A DNA stretch of 64,000 bases, from positions 13,392,001-13,456,000 of the forward strand of contig CM022667.1 of the NCBI GenBank assembly GCA_012295275.1. The letters are read 5' to 3'. Below the pieces are notes generated by a model, which worked only from the letters and a program-made list of their open reading frames with translations, was not told the DNA's origin and made no database searches. How positions within the stretch are numbered: the stretch's first letter is position 1; every line of letters begins with the position of its first letter. Below, piece after piece: positions 1-23,443 of the stretch. This DNA is from Chrysomallon squamiferum (taxonomy: Eukaryota > Animalia > Mollusca). The position numbers and the translations under genes are program-made.

Positions 1-456
1 TATTTTAAAATTTATTTTAATATCACTTTGTGTTTGATTATTAACAAGAGAATGAAATGAAATGCAAAATAAATAATTTATGGTCAATGTTTCTTGTGCG
101 TTTTTTGTAAATGCTTGTTAAAAATTTTCTTAGCGGATTATTATTATTTTTATTATTTTCTTCTTTTTACAGGTAGGAGTATTTTTATTTTATTGTTATT
201 ACTATTCATTTTATATAATTTCTATCATTTTTTTTTATTCACATTTTTCGTCATTTTAATTTTTTGTTTAATTTTTTTTTCTTTTTCTCTTTACTTTTGG
301 TGGACTTTACCATTTTTTTTATTTTTTATTTTTATTAAAACCAGATTGTTTCCCCTGCTTCATCAGATTTCATTTTTAATCTCTTTGTGTTAATTTCAAA
401 TCTTGAATCACTAACATTTGTGTGCCACTTTAATATACACTAACACAAACAAGATT

Positions 457-10306
<9,850 letters not shown>

Positions 10307-10415
10307 GATAAAGCTGAGTTTTCATTTGAATCTAAATAATCTGTTTATTTCTAGTTTATAATTTGAAAATGTGAGCCTCAAACCTAAAACAGAAATATAA
10401 ATTCTTATATATGTC

Positions 10416-10462
<47 letters not shown>

Positions 10463-10518
10463 CAAAAATCATAAATTAATTTATATAAAAATTATTTACT
10501 ACCAATAGTACAATTAAT

Positions 10519-10586
<68 letters not shown>

Positions 10587-10799
10587 TTGTATCATTTGTA
10601 TTGTAAACATTAAAAAATAATAGCCTAATTCAGTAATTGTCCATAAACGAAAATTCTAATAATTATTACAGTAAAACTTTATAAGTATTTGACAGTTAAA
10701 CTTCAATTTAGTTAATAATTTCTTATGACATTGCGAAAATAAAAAGTAATAATTACATTTAAAAAGTAATAACGTAATAACACAAATCGTTCTCACCCA

Positions 10800-11600
10800 C
10801 CCACGGAACTTTGACCGCAAGTTTAACACATTGACATTTATGACTGGTACTTAAACCAAAACATGAAGCGCAGTGTTTATCATGGTAATAAGTATAGAAC
10901 AGTAAATTATTATTCTACAGCAAAACACCAAAATCCTCATTATAAATCCATTTTAAATTTATAATATTGCATGTACTATTAAAATATAAATAACATTACT
11001 CATATTATGAAATTAAATAAAATAAAAAAGTCTTTAACTGAAATGCAAACTGAAATAGTTATAAGTTTTCTATTACGAAATACATTTTATAAACAAAAAG
11101 AAAATGAAGAAAATATTTTACCCTACAATATTACATAAGCTTTCAATTTCATATTAATAATTATAAATTTACAGAACTGATGGATATTCAAAAGACCCAG
11201 AAAATTAAGAAAATACTGATCATTTGTAAATCTTTATAAACGTACATATTTGGTTTCAAGCTGTAGGTAAAAAGGAGAAGGAAAATAGAATATACTGCTC
11301 CCGTACTATTTTCCGCTGGCACGGTTATCTCTGAAAGCAAAAAAGAAATGCGTATTATCAGTCTATGAATTGTTAAAACTCTCACTGCCAGGTTTTTTAA
11401 CACATTGAAACATTTAAGTAATTGATAAAATTTATATTTTCTAAAGAGTTTTTACGGTTTTGTAAAAAATAGAGGTATTATTTTTATTGTAGCAGTTGTT
11501 TCTGTTGTATCTACCTAATTCCATGTGACAGTGTGATGCTACAACTTGATGCCGAATTTGGTACGAGGATATTAAAGTTTATACATATGTCTGTTCAAAT
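10800..11600. promoter_or_regulatory. Probable divergent promoter region between the SCARB2-like and zinc-finger genes
   Basis: Head-to-head genes with start codons at 10306 (-) and 12222 (+). Both start exons are preceded by splice acceptors (10384-85, 12168-69), implying non-coding first exons here. CpG is locally more frequent, and an M-box-like CATGTGAC lies at 11522-11529. TSSs are not located. Confidence 0.45.
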
Positions 11601-12221
11601 AAGCCAGTTCAGAAATGTTCTCGATATTTAGAAAATAATATGGAAATAAAATAAAAAAAAATAAAAAATTATTTTTGTTGAATTTATTTTACTATTATCT
11701 GAATCATTAAATGTTGATAAATAAATCTATTTAATTTATAATGGTATAAATGGTTAATGTTTACTGTTTAAGTAGTAGAAGTATCTTTAAAAAGTCGCAA
11801 TAATGAATTAAATTTAGAAAATAATTGATCAAAAATGGAATATATATATATATATATATATATGTTGAAATCATAAAGTGTTTATATGTAATTAAGGAGG
11901 GTTGTTTAAACACTGTCAAGCACAGTCACTTTTATTAATTAATAAATATACTTTTTTCTTTCTAAACAAAACAACCTCAAATATGAAGGATATTGTTCAT
12001 TTAACCTCAAAAACACCAACATGCTAAACAGAAAATAAATAAATATGTAAGTATCTTGTAAAGCCTGTTCAGCATACATATTAAATATTTCAGTTATTAA
12101 ATTTTCAGTTTATATTTGGTAATATATGTTGATAAGTTAATATTATATTTTCTTTGTTATATATTTCAGGGTTTTGTTTAGTCAGAGTAAAAGAAAAAGA
12201 CCCCCAAAACACCTATCAAAT

Positions 12222-15212
12222 ATGGCTGATATCAATGAGTTGGATCTTTCAAATTTTATAGACGTTGTTACAACATACAAGTGTAAATTTTGTTCATTTC
12301 TCAGCTCTAAGCCTGAACTGATTGCCTCACATATCAAAGCCAGTCATTTCCAACCAGACCCAAAGAAATTCACTTCTATAACTGATAAAGAAAATTCCAC
12401 AGTTAAAAACCTGGTATCCTTGACTGAACCACAGCAATCTGCACCTGAAAAACAAGCATCACTAGCTGAATGCCCCAAAACTGTACCTGAAAAACAATGT
12501 CTAGTAACTGAAAGAATAGAATCTTTTGTTGAAAATCCATGTTCAGCAGTTGAAAATCATGGCTTACTAATTGAGCAGCAAGGAGATCTAGTCAAAAGAC
12601 AGAATTCAACAGTCAGTCAAAAAACATCTCTAGTTGAAAGCCAAAGATTATTTCTTGAAATACAGAACCCTGTAGTAGAAGGACAGGAAGCAGTGGATGA
12701 TTATCAGACATCTGCAGATGGAATTCAAGGCACTGGAACTAAGAAGTTTGTAAATATTAAAACCAAAAGTTGTCAGAATGAAATGAAAAGTGGTTTGATG
12801 AGAAAACATCTCACAAACATTCATGCAGGTGAGGTGAACAGGATAAACGTTGGAGAGGTAAAGCCAGAGATAGGTGATACTGAGTTTAATACAAGTCAGA
12901 GCACATCTGAAAATGTCTCACTGTCATCTTGTAAGGCCAGCACAATCATCAAGACAGCTTGGGAGGCAGCAGAGAAACCAACAAGCAATTCAGCAGTCAT
13001 CATCTGTGTAGATGTTCCACCTCTTCCAAATAGTTCTCAGGATGATGTGATTCAGAGCTCACCACAGGTTCTTAAGACTAAATCTTCCTTTCTAGAAACC
13101 AGTGGAGTTGTCCAAACAGGTGAAAGAAAACTAAGCACAGATGATACATGTAAATCTGATTCTCATTCTAGTGATGTTCCAGAAACAGTAAATACAAGTA
13201 TTATTGCTGACACTGCTGTCTCTGAGTGTAAAGTAAATGATTCCTTACAAAAGAAGGAGATAAAGTCTGCTGCAGAAGTATGTCATGGAATTGTCTCTGA
13301 TCATGCTGGTTTGGTGATTAGTTCTGAAAAGAAGCCAGGCATTGAACCTGCCAGACAACTGCAGCAGCAGCTTCAACAACAACAACAACAACCACAGCTG
13401 TATGCATCAGCAAATGTAAGAAATGTTTCAAATGTGGCACCAGCATCTGGAACATCATCAAAAACATCAGGTCTGGATTGCCTATTGTCTAATGGTAGCC
13501 CACAAACTGGTATCACTTCTGCTGTAAATGCCCAGAAACAACTTGAATCTCAGACAGTCGCAGGAGGTTCTTCTGCTCAGAGGAAAGGAGACAATGTTGT
13601 CATAAAAGAATTCTTTCTGTGTGGACTCTGCAGTCAGACTTTTTGCACCATGGAAGCTGTCGGTGATCACATGAGAGGCAGTCATCCAGAAGCTGTGGCT
13701 GTCCTGAACGCTGCGGGAACAAAGAAGTCTGATGGTAACCAGGGCGAAGAAGAAATGGCCAAGAAAAGGAAACCAGGACGTAGGAAGAAGTCTGAGATAG
13801 TTGAGACGGAAAGGGAGAAGAAAGATGAAGATTCAGAAGATGAAGACTGGCAGCCTGGACAAGAACTGGGCATCAGACATGATGGCAGAAAAAGAAGAAA
13901 AACTCGTCCTCCTCGAGCTTTGAAGAAAGATTACTACATTGAACGAGAGACGAAGACATCTCCATCTAACAAGAAGAGGCGTGTGAGGTATTCCATTGTT
14001 GACAGCCACTCACTAAAATGTCACATTTTTGGCTGTCAGGCAAGGTTTGCTGTGGAGCAGACGCTAGAATATCATCTGCACTGTCATGATGATTCGGGGT
14101 GTTTTGTGTGTCCCGAGTGTAAACAGGAGTTTAAAATATGGTGTCTGTTAAAACTGCATCTGTGGAAGGAACATCACATAGACTTAGACCTGTTTCGCTG
14201 TAACCAGTGTGATTATAGGGTGGACACAATTCGAAAACTGAATATTCATAAGGTTAGTGTAATTATCATACGTATTGGGTGGTACCATAATTAGACGACA
14301 TTTATGTATTTTTATTTTTATTTATTTATTTATTTATTAGTTTATTTTTCTTTCCTTTTTTTTTCTTTTATTCAGTTGTATTTTTTGTTTATTTATTTGT
14401 TTATTATTTGTTTTTGTTTTAATTATTATTATTATTGTTATTGTTATTATTAATTTATTTTGTTGTTTGATCATTTATCTATTTAATTTTTATTCTTAAT
14501 TATTATTTTTCATTTTTATTTTACATTTTCAGTTACTTAATATTTATTTTCCTTTTTTAATTTATTTACTTATTGATTCATTTATTTTAGGTATTTATTT
14601 TTCATTTTTATTTTTTTGCTTATTTTATTTTATATTTTTATTATTTTTTCATTATTATTCTTTCTCTTTTCTAACTTTTATTTTGGTTATTGAAATGAAA
14701 GTATGGACTGTTTAATTGCAATTTGTATTTTTGTTTACATATTATTTCCACTGTACATACATTTAATTTTTTTGGGGTGTGTGTGTATGTGTGTGTGCGT
14801 GTGTGTGTGTGAGCATGCATGTGTGTGTAATATGGTGCATACCCTTAGTTACATTTGTGAATTTATTTACATATTTTAACTTGCATGTACATATTGTTAC
14901 TATATTTTTATACTTAAAAAGTATCTGACTCTATATGTTTGTTTAATAAACATAAAATGTAAATAAACTAATGCATCATAATTTAATATTTTATTACCTT
15001 TTTAGGAGATTCACAGTGAAAATCGGCCATACACATGTGACATTTGTGGCAAAGGCTTTAAACAGTTTAGCCAGATGAAAAACCATCAAGTGAGTTCATA
15101 TTCCTCATACATAATGCAAAACAACAAAACAAAACAACCTTTTATTTATTTAGTTAATATATATGTTTATGTAAGTATTTAAGTTGGATTATATTTAAAA
15201 ATAAATTTACTA

Positions 15213-15252
<40 letters not shown>

Positions 15253-16118
15253 GTAACTCCGACTTCTTAAATGTAATAAAAAACAAAACAAAAAAAACAA
15301 CAACCCAAAAACCAACTAAATTACTAATACATAAATTGTATATCTGTATAAATTTTATATAATTTTTATACAGATATACAATGTGTGTGTGTGTGTGTAT
15401 GTGTGTGTTTGTGTGTATCTAACTATCTATCTAAAATACATTTGACACTGAATCAAAGGTGCGGTTGTATTATTCAAAACCACCTGGGTATAAAAACAGT
15501 GACAATACTCGTTTTGTTATTACATAAAAGCTAAATTTAGACCTGACCACATTTCAATTTTTTTTTTTTCTGTATTCATTTTGCTATTTTATTTATTTAT
15601 TCATTTGTTTTATTTGTGTGCATATATTTACTTATTTATTTGATTATATATTTGTTTGTTTGTTTGTTTTTTTGGTTGGTTGGTTTCTGGCATTTATTTG
15701 TTTATGTCTGGTGTTTGTTTTTGATATGTTACATTAGGTGACACAGGTCTGATAGGCATAAAAGTCCTGACATAATAGAAAAACATATCACTGTTCAAAT
15801 TTATATATGATATCTGCTGCATCTTTGTTAACTGATAATTTCCAGATAATGTTCAGTATTTACATTATTTTCTTTTTATCAAACACACAAACAGACACAT
15901 ACACACACACATACACAGCTACACAGACACAGCCATACTGGTGTCCATTCACAGACACAGCCAAACTTTTTATTGAAATTTTTAGATTTTATGTATGGTA
16001 TGTATGTGTGTGCATGTATGTGTCTAAGCTCAGAGAGAGTAATTTAATTGTACTGACAGTTTTTCTACAGACTGATGTATATTTATTTTTGTGTACATGT
16101 GTGTGATGTTAACGTGTA

Positions 16119-16168
<50 letters not shown>

Positions 16169-16811
16169 CATCAGTATATGTTTTCAGCGTTTCTATTTTG
16201 TCACCTATTGAAGGTTATTCATGAAGTCAGGGATTCAAAAGATTTAAACACGTGGTATGCTAGCAAGCAATGTGACATCTGTAAACGCTGGTATGCCAAC
16301 AAGAAATCTCTCCAGAAACACATTGAAGCTGTCCATGAGAAAATCCGTCCTTATCTGTGTCCATTCTGCAATCACAAGGCTGCAAGAAAAGCCATGATCC
16401 AGCTGCACATTCGAACACACACGGGAGAGAAACCATTCATGTACGTTTTTCTTTCTTCTCTAATACATACACTTATTTTAAAAAGCAGAAATGAAAGGAA
16501 GAAAAATATTATTTTAAAATGAGACAATAAAAGAAAAGAAAAGAAAAGAAAAGAAAAATGTTTTAAAAAGAGAAAAGAAAAGACTGGATAAAATATATTT
16601 TTTCAAAAGTTCCTCAGAATATGTTTTCGATTACATGAACAAGTAGTCATAATGCATTTTTGTGGAGCTCATGCATGGTTTTTTTGATTGCCTGACTTTG
16701 CCAGTAATATAGTATGACAACAAACAAAACCACCAAACTTTTTCTTTTTAACGTAAGTGATATTTGATCCATATTTTATATTTGATTGTATAAACAAACA
16801 CATAAACACAT

Positions 16812-16848
<37 letters not shown>

Positions 16849-17688
16849 ATAGCATTAATATTTTTTTTTTTCTTCATATTTTTGATTTTCAGGTGTAACG
16901 TGTGTCACTATTCTACAGGTGATCACAACTCGATGCGCAAACACCGCATGCGACACACAGGCCAGCGCCAGTACAAATGTAAGTACTGCTCTTACTCCTG
17001 CATCCAGGCCATCTCCCTCAAGTCTCACCTGAAAACCAAACACCCGGGCAAGGAAGGAATTTACTCGTGCAGCATGTGTCACTTCAAAACGGTCAACAAA
17101 GTCTACTACGACAACCACGCGAGGGACCACAGGAACGGCCTCGCGCAGACCGTCGCCACGGAGGCGAAACCCAAACGACACCGTCGCGCTCCGCAGACAC
17201 TGGTCGCGGACTCGGTTTTGAAACCGGAACCGGTTCAGGTGGAGATGCAGGTTCAGACGCTGGAGTCGGGCGAGGCGCAGATCAGCGCCGATGATCTCTC
17301 GAGACTGTCCAGCTGCTCAGGGCTGCTGTCAGGGGAGATAACCGCGGTCCAGCTCATCTACTCGGCGCTCAGCGCCATTTCTCAGAACCCGCAGTCGAAC
17401 AGCGGCACCAGTCAGACGACACAGCAGCTTGCGGGTGGAGTCGAGACAACCATCCGGTCGGAGTCGGGGACTCCGGGGGTGATGAATCACGTGATCACTT
17501 TCAGAGTCCCGTCGAAAGTGCCATCGTCCACCGAATCCCAGTCTGAGCAGGTGGTGTACACCGAGGCTGTAGAGGTGGTTGAAACTGGGCAAGCCAGAGA
17601 TCAGACCGCACTTCAGATTGATTTAGAATCTCTTCCAGTCACTGGGGCCGAAGCAACACGTAACATTGAACAAATCAGTGCACGCTAA
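12222..17688 (+). CDS. Multi-C2H2 zinc-finger protein (~1045 aa, 4 coding exons)
   Basis: Exons 12222-14252, 15006-15089, 16214-16440, 16893-17688 (3138 nt, GT-AG, in phase). Isolated fingers (CKFC..HIKASH; CGLC..HMRGSH), basic NLS/AT-hook-like KRKPGRRKK, then a tandem array with an HTGEKPF linker (CDICGKGFKQFSQMKNHQVIH, CPFC..HIRTH, CNVC..HRMRH, CKYC..HLKTKH, CSMC..HARDH). Confidence 0.9.
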
Positions 17689-19484
17689 AGGTTATGTGAG
17701 TGGATTGCTGTCTAACACAGAACAATATTATTCTTAAAAAAAATACATTGACAGGTTTAAATGTTTCTTGCAATTGGAATAAACCTGCATAATAGTGAAA
17801 CTTTTCCTTGTTAAACTTTGATTTCCCCAGAACTGAAATGATTTCTACATACTCGTAATTTATCAAGAAACTGAATGAAAAACCTCAGTAAACAAATTAA
17901 ATGTTATAATTCAAGTTTGTACCATGTTATCTTGTCTCTTGAAGAAACATTAATAAAAAAAACACACACACACACACAAAAATAAAAACCAAAATCCTCC
18001 CACAATAAATAGATAGATTTAGGCTTGATTCCTCTAACTGGAATTGAAGTAATACCTGATGAATGAAATATAATACTAATTCAGATTATGGTGAACTGTT
18101 GTATCATATCTTACTCCGAAACATTTTAGAACCTTCAGGAGACTGATAGAGTTAGACAGGTTCAGGAATAAATTTCAATGCAGAAACATATTAATCCAAC
18201 TGATGCAAACTAAAATGTAATGATAAACATCTTGTACTCTCTAACAAAAGAATGAAACTAATTTTAATACACAACTACCAGACTATTTATCAGGCAGACT
18301 TGAGACTAAAGGTGATCCATAGTTATGAACTTTCTGGTTTTCATGTTAAAATCTGTATGTAAAATATCAATTAAAAAAAAGAAAAGAAAAGAGAATGAAG
18401 GTTTCTTAACCCTGGACTTTTGTGGATATTAAAAATATGACATTAAAACAATCCTGAACACAGCCATTAAACCCCTGTGTTCCTGTACTGATGCCTGTAT
18501 TTTCTGACAACACTAAAACTAAATAGAGAACAACATGTTCCACCTGGTACAAAGTAATATTGAGAGAGAGAGAGTCAAATAATCTACTGACCATCTGACA
18601 GATGTGGAATTTCCTCTCCTCAGCATTTTTTGATGCCATCAAGGAATTTTTCATTTCAGTTTATTTATTAAATTTACATTTTTTCCTTTTGTATTTGGAA
18701 GACAACAGGCATGTGACATAGTCAGCCCAGGGAACTGCCTGAATTGCTGGTTTCTGCTAAAATGTAATTACTTGACAGATAAACCTGCCATCGTATGTCC
18801 AGGACAGTGTGTGTGAGTGTGTGGGTGCATGTCTAAAATGAGGCTGAAATCACAAGGAATCAAAAGGAAAATGGCGGTCCATGTTTATATTTAGTTGGCT
18901 CATATTTTATTATCAGGATAGGTTTATGTTCATGTGGATGTAAACAAAATGTACTAATCTTGACAGTGGAAGATTTTGCTGATTTGTTAAATCATGTTTT
19001 ACCTGGATTGTTTATTTATTTTTAATTTGTTATTTGTTATTTTCATAAATGTTAAATATTTTCAGTGCAGTTGTGTATGTGGATAATCAGATAGTTGTAG
19101 ACATATCTTCAGTCTGTAAAATTCTGCCTATACTAATCCATTATTACACAGAACAGAAAAATCATTTTTATTATTTACTTATCTCTATATATATATATAT
19201 ATATCTGCTTATCTTCTTCTTATTATTATTTCTATGAATTCACTTTTATTATAATTTTTTTTTTTTTTTTAATTTTAATTTTATTATTGTTTCTCTTGCA
19301 AATCCAAACTGGAGTAAAGGTTTACAAGTTAATCTATAGTTATTTTACAGTTATAGGAGTAAGATAATATCTAGCTTCCAGAACGTGCAAGAAATAATGA
19401 ACAAAAATCGTGATAGTGAAAGGTCCATTTAGTATTTTATCACACGCGCGCGTATATAAATGTACAAATATGTTGTTTTATTAT

Positions 19485-19537
<53 letters not shown>

Positions 19538-19639
19538 ACATTTATGCATGAGTCAGACATTTCATCATTATGTTTATTCATATGCGTTTATAACGTTCTT
19601 GGAAATATATACATACATCACTTATGATTATAACGAAAA

Positions 19640-19806
19640 GCTTTTGTTTTCTTCCGTCGGATTTCCTGTGTCCTTGAAATGCAATTCTATTTATAGACGC
19701 TGGATGCTTCCCCTTCCCCGAGAATCTTTTCGTTTCAGAACAAAATTACTCAGCATCAGGCGTTTACTCAAACTCCATTTTCTTCGTCACTGTTCGACTC
19801 TCTAAG
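19640..19806 (+). promoter_or_regulatory. Probable promoter and non-coding first exon of the TIFA-like gene
   Basis: Strong donor AAG|GTAAGA at 19806/19807 and acceptor TTTCCAG| at 20983 just upstream of the ATG at 21033. CpG-containing segment with kB-like CGGATTTCC (19658-19666) and ISRE-like TTTCGTTTC (~19728-19736). Confidence 0.5.
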
Positions 19807-21032
19807 GTAAGATTTTGTTAGAATGTTAACTTAAATGGAAAATAATTCTTCATATTCTGCCGCAATTTCAAATGCATTTGTTTCAAGTTCACGTATGTGT
19901 TTTAAAATGACCTATTTATTATTTATACTCGTGAATCGAGAATTAATCATCGAAAAGTAGCTGTCATTTTAACGTAACAGTGCAATATATTATAGTTATG
20001 TTTTTTTTTTGTTAATCAGTGTAGTACAATCGTAACGTCTCTCCGTGCGTGTCATAGACAAACACTTGCGTTTTATTATTAATTTTTTTTTATTATTCTC
20101 ATACAACTATAAATACAAATAAACAGTCACATTTAATCTATACGTTTCTACACACATTTATTTATTTATTTATTGACTCATTTTATTTTAAGTTTGCGAG
20201 ATTCAATATAACAGCCATTTTTATTTATATTTTATACTCATTTTATGCAAAATAAACAACGTATGTATATAATCAAATCTGTTATTATTAAGCTTTAAGG
20301 CACTATAATATAATAATAATAATTTAAATGACAGTTGATTTTTAGATTAATTTTTCATGTATAACAACAACAATAACAACAACAACTAAAATTATAATAT
20401 AAATAATAAAATAAAAACCACAAAAATGACAACAACCACAATAAGAATTTATATTGGTTCAACTATCACCGTCAATAACAGTTATATCCTGTATTGCACA
20501 CTTCTACTAGAGCGTTGAGGTTTGGTCACGCGCAGCAGTCGGCTGACATAGTCACGTGATGTTAAAAGGTTATTCCAGACGAAGTTACATTTGAAGGGAA
20601 ACGTTATTTTCTGTGGAATATTAACGTAAACCATCAACTATTTGTATAAAGTTGTGGGTTGTAATCTGAAGTATAATTTGAATATATAAATAAAACCCAA
20701 CCATTACTGCTCATAGCTGTCATTAACATAAAGTCATTTGTGTTACTAATTCTATTGTAATATTACTAATGAAATAACTACTATTAATACTACTACTACA
20801 ACTACAACTATTCCTGCTGCTACTGCTTTTTCTACTGCTTACTACTACTACAATTACTTCTATTACTACCACTGTAGCTGCTACTACGATATATACGTTA
20901 TTATCATGATCATGATTATCATGATTATTTGTGTTGTTTTTGTTGTTGTTATTATATTTATTTGTTTATATATTTATTTCCAGAAGATTATCGCCTGACA
21001 ACTAACCACAGCCATAAAAAGAACAAATCAAT

Positions 21033-21818
21033 ATGGCCGCGATCATTGAAGAATCTCAGAACATTTTCCAAATAACCACAGAGGAGTGTTCTCATACGAT
21101 TACCCTCTGGTATCCTCCAGACACTGAAAAACAGTTAGTGGATTATTTTCCGAAAGAGAAGATAATTAAAAAGATGCACGAGGAGATAATTCTAGCGAGA
21201 AGCGAAAACGCCGACGTGCTGTTGAATGGTCTCGTCTTCAGTAGAAACCACGCAGTTCTAAAATGTCGCGAGAAAGTGAATCACGAAGACGTGAGTGTCG
21301 TCATTAAAAACACAAGCAAGAACAAAAAGATCGTGCGTTACAAAAATAGCGAGAAGAAGACCATTCTTCCGGGCAACGAAGTGGAATTAGAGGACAAAGA
21401 CAAGATCAAAATGGACAAGTTAAGCTTCGTAATCGAAATAGAATCGGGTGACGTTGACGCGAAAGAGTACAACTTTCAGCTGAAGCCGCAGGAACAAAGC
21501 GATGCTGTTATTCCTGGTGCGGTTCCTCGGAATGGAAGTGTACACCATCGTGCTGAGCGACGCATTCCAGGAAGCCCTTTTCCTCACAGTCCACAGAGGA
21601 TGGCATTTCCCGAAATGGGTTTCGACTGCATGATGTCGTGCGGTGCTACTGCACAAGACTCACCTCCCAGCCATGGTTATCTTCCACCTACAGCCTCTCG
21701 TCCAACACATGGTACTGATCAGCAGTGCGTTCTTCTTCCCAGTCATTCCAGTCGCCTGAACGGTTTTCTTCAAAACACGCGCACTTTTGATACAGTCGTT
21801 CCTCGGGACTCGTCATGA
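21033..21818 (+). CDS. TIFA: TIFA-like FHA-domain adaptor protein (261 aa; single coding exon)
   Basis: Collinear similarity to vertebrate TIFA (sequence recalled from memory): TTEECSHTITLWYPP ~ DTEETVTCLQMTVYHP; FHA motifs ARSENAD (GR position) and FSRNH; IKNTSK ~ IKNMSK; FVIEIESGD ~ FLMEKEDGE. Followed by PQEQSD (PxExx-acidic) and a Pro/Ser-rich tail. Symbol means -like. Confidence 0.75.
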   Translation: MAAIIEESQNIFQITTEECSHTITLWYPPDTEKQLVDYFPKEKIIKKMHEEIILARSENADVLLNGLVFSRNHAVLKCREKVNHEDVSVVIKNTSKNKKIVRYKNSEKKTILPGNEVELEDKDKIKMDKLSFVIEIESGDVDAKEYNFQLKPQEQSDAVIPGAVPRNGSVHHRAERRIPGSPFPHSPQRMAFPEMGFDCMMSCGATAQDSPPSHGYLPPTASRPTHGTDQQCVLLPSHSSRLNGFLQNTRTFDTVVPRDSS

Positions 21819-23124
21819 TTCGCTCCACAGGAAGCAGACGACGACACTGTCGCACAGGAACCAAGGGGAAATAACTCCGTAAGCACCCTGCAGTAGAAGA
21901 CAGCGAATCAAAGTTAAGATCTGCTACTGCTCGGCCGAAACGGTGTCAGAAAAGCGAAATCACCGGACAAAAGAGTAAATTGTTCTGCAACTCTTCAACT
22001 CAGAGACACTATTCATTGTTATCCGAGAATGTCTAAATGTGTATCTGTTTTTCTGTCGTTCCTATAAAACCGTCAAAAATTGGAAATTATCTTTAACACT
22101 TTATACCAAAGTTCTTATATCATATTTTCGATTTACAAGATCACTGAAAAAAATCATATATTATTCTTTTCTAGTCTTTGTCTGCTGTTTTGAGCAGATA
22201 TTTTAATCTCACAAACTTGCCTTATTTGAAGCGTTTGTTTAATTTTATTCATTTACGTAATTTTCTTATTGATATTTAATAATGTGATTATGATCAGAAA
22301 ATAGACGTAAAATGTTATTATTACTATTATTACTATTATTAATTTAAATGCAGAAACCCTGGATAATCCCTTTACATATAAAAAAATAAATAAATAAATG
22401 AAAAGAATAATAATATATATATATATCTTCTTACAAAGAAGAAAAGTTGTTACATATGTATTGTTTTCAAACTTGTTGATTATTTATTTTCGCTTTAATA
22501 ATACTTCGAGTTCAGCTGCCAAATATTGAAACGTATTTATTTTGTTTTACTGATATGTTACTTGTATTTGTTAATATAACATCAGTATTCAAGGTTTTGT
22601 ATCTGTCCGTGTACGTGATAGCAACAATAAGTGTGTGTGTGTGTGTGTGTGTGTGAAGAAACAATGTTTTTTTCAATTTTGATTTACTTTTTATTTTGTA
22701 TTATTTATTATTTTTTTTAAATTTTATCTCTTATTTTAATAAACCTTTTAAATTTATTTGATAAAACATATATTTATCTCATATCTTGTTATTTATTTTT
22801 ATCTTTTTTATGTTTGATCTAGTTTTTAATTATTTTATTTATTTATTTATTTTTTGATCTGTTTTTTCATTTTTTTACTTTTTTTTTTTTTTGGCTGTTT
22901 TCTTCTATTATTTTTATTATTATTTTTTTATGTTTTTTAAATACTATTAAATTTCATATATTATTATTGTTATTTCTAGTACTACTATTACTACTACTAC
23001 TAATTTATGAATAACTATATATGTTTTGTTTGTTCCCTTATGCATTGTGGAGTATATATGCCAATATTTTATAACTAAGATGAAAATTTAATAATAAAAT
23101 TTTACATCTCTTCAGTCTTTTGTT

Positions 23125-23165
<41 letters not shown>

Positions 23166-23443
23166 GATGATGATGATGATGATGATGATGAAAAAAACCG
23201 TATATTTAAAGTATAAGAAGTGTCAACATCAAGTCTACTAATGTTTGATTATTCACTGATTCATTTATTCATTTTATTATTTACATATCATCATGCCCTA
23301 AGCCCTAATATATATATAACTGTTTATTTACACAACTTTTTATCAGGTTTTATTGGCCTACTGGCATTTAAAACCAGTGATATGAATTGTCATTTGACGC
23401 CGATAAGAAGGATACAAAAATCAAACGAGATAACGTTTACAGT

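Noticed and set aside
16855-17592. Overlapping and antisense ORFs in the last zinc-finger exon
   Set aside because: High GC lowers stop frequency; the zinc-finger frame explains the region.
19410-19805. 131-aa ORF upstream of the TIFA-like gene
   Set aside because: GTG start, runs through a (CT)n tract, no domain; better explained as promoter and 5'UTR exon.
21816-22100. Selenocysteine recoding of the TIFA-like TGA
   Set aside because: No SECIS-like ATGA/AA/GA hairpin recognised by eye downstream, and the position is in a disordered tail rather than a redox motif; a SECIS search would settle it.
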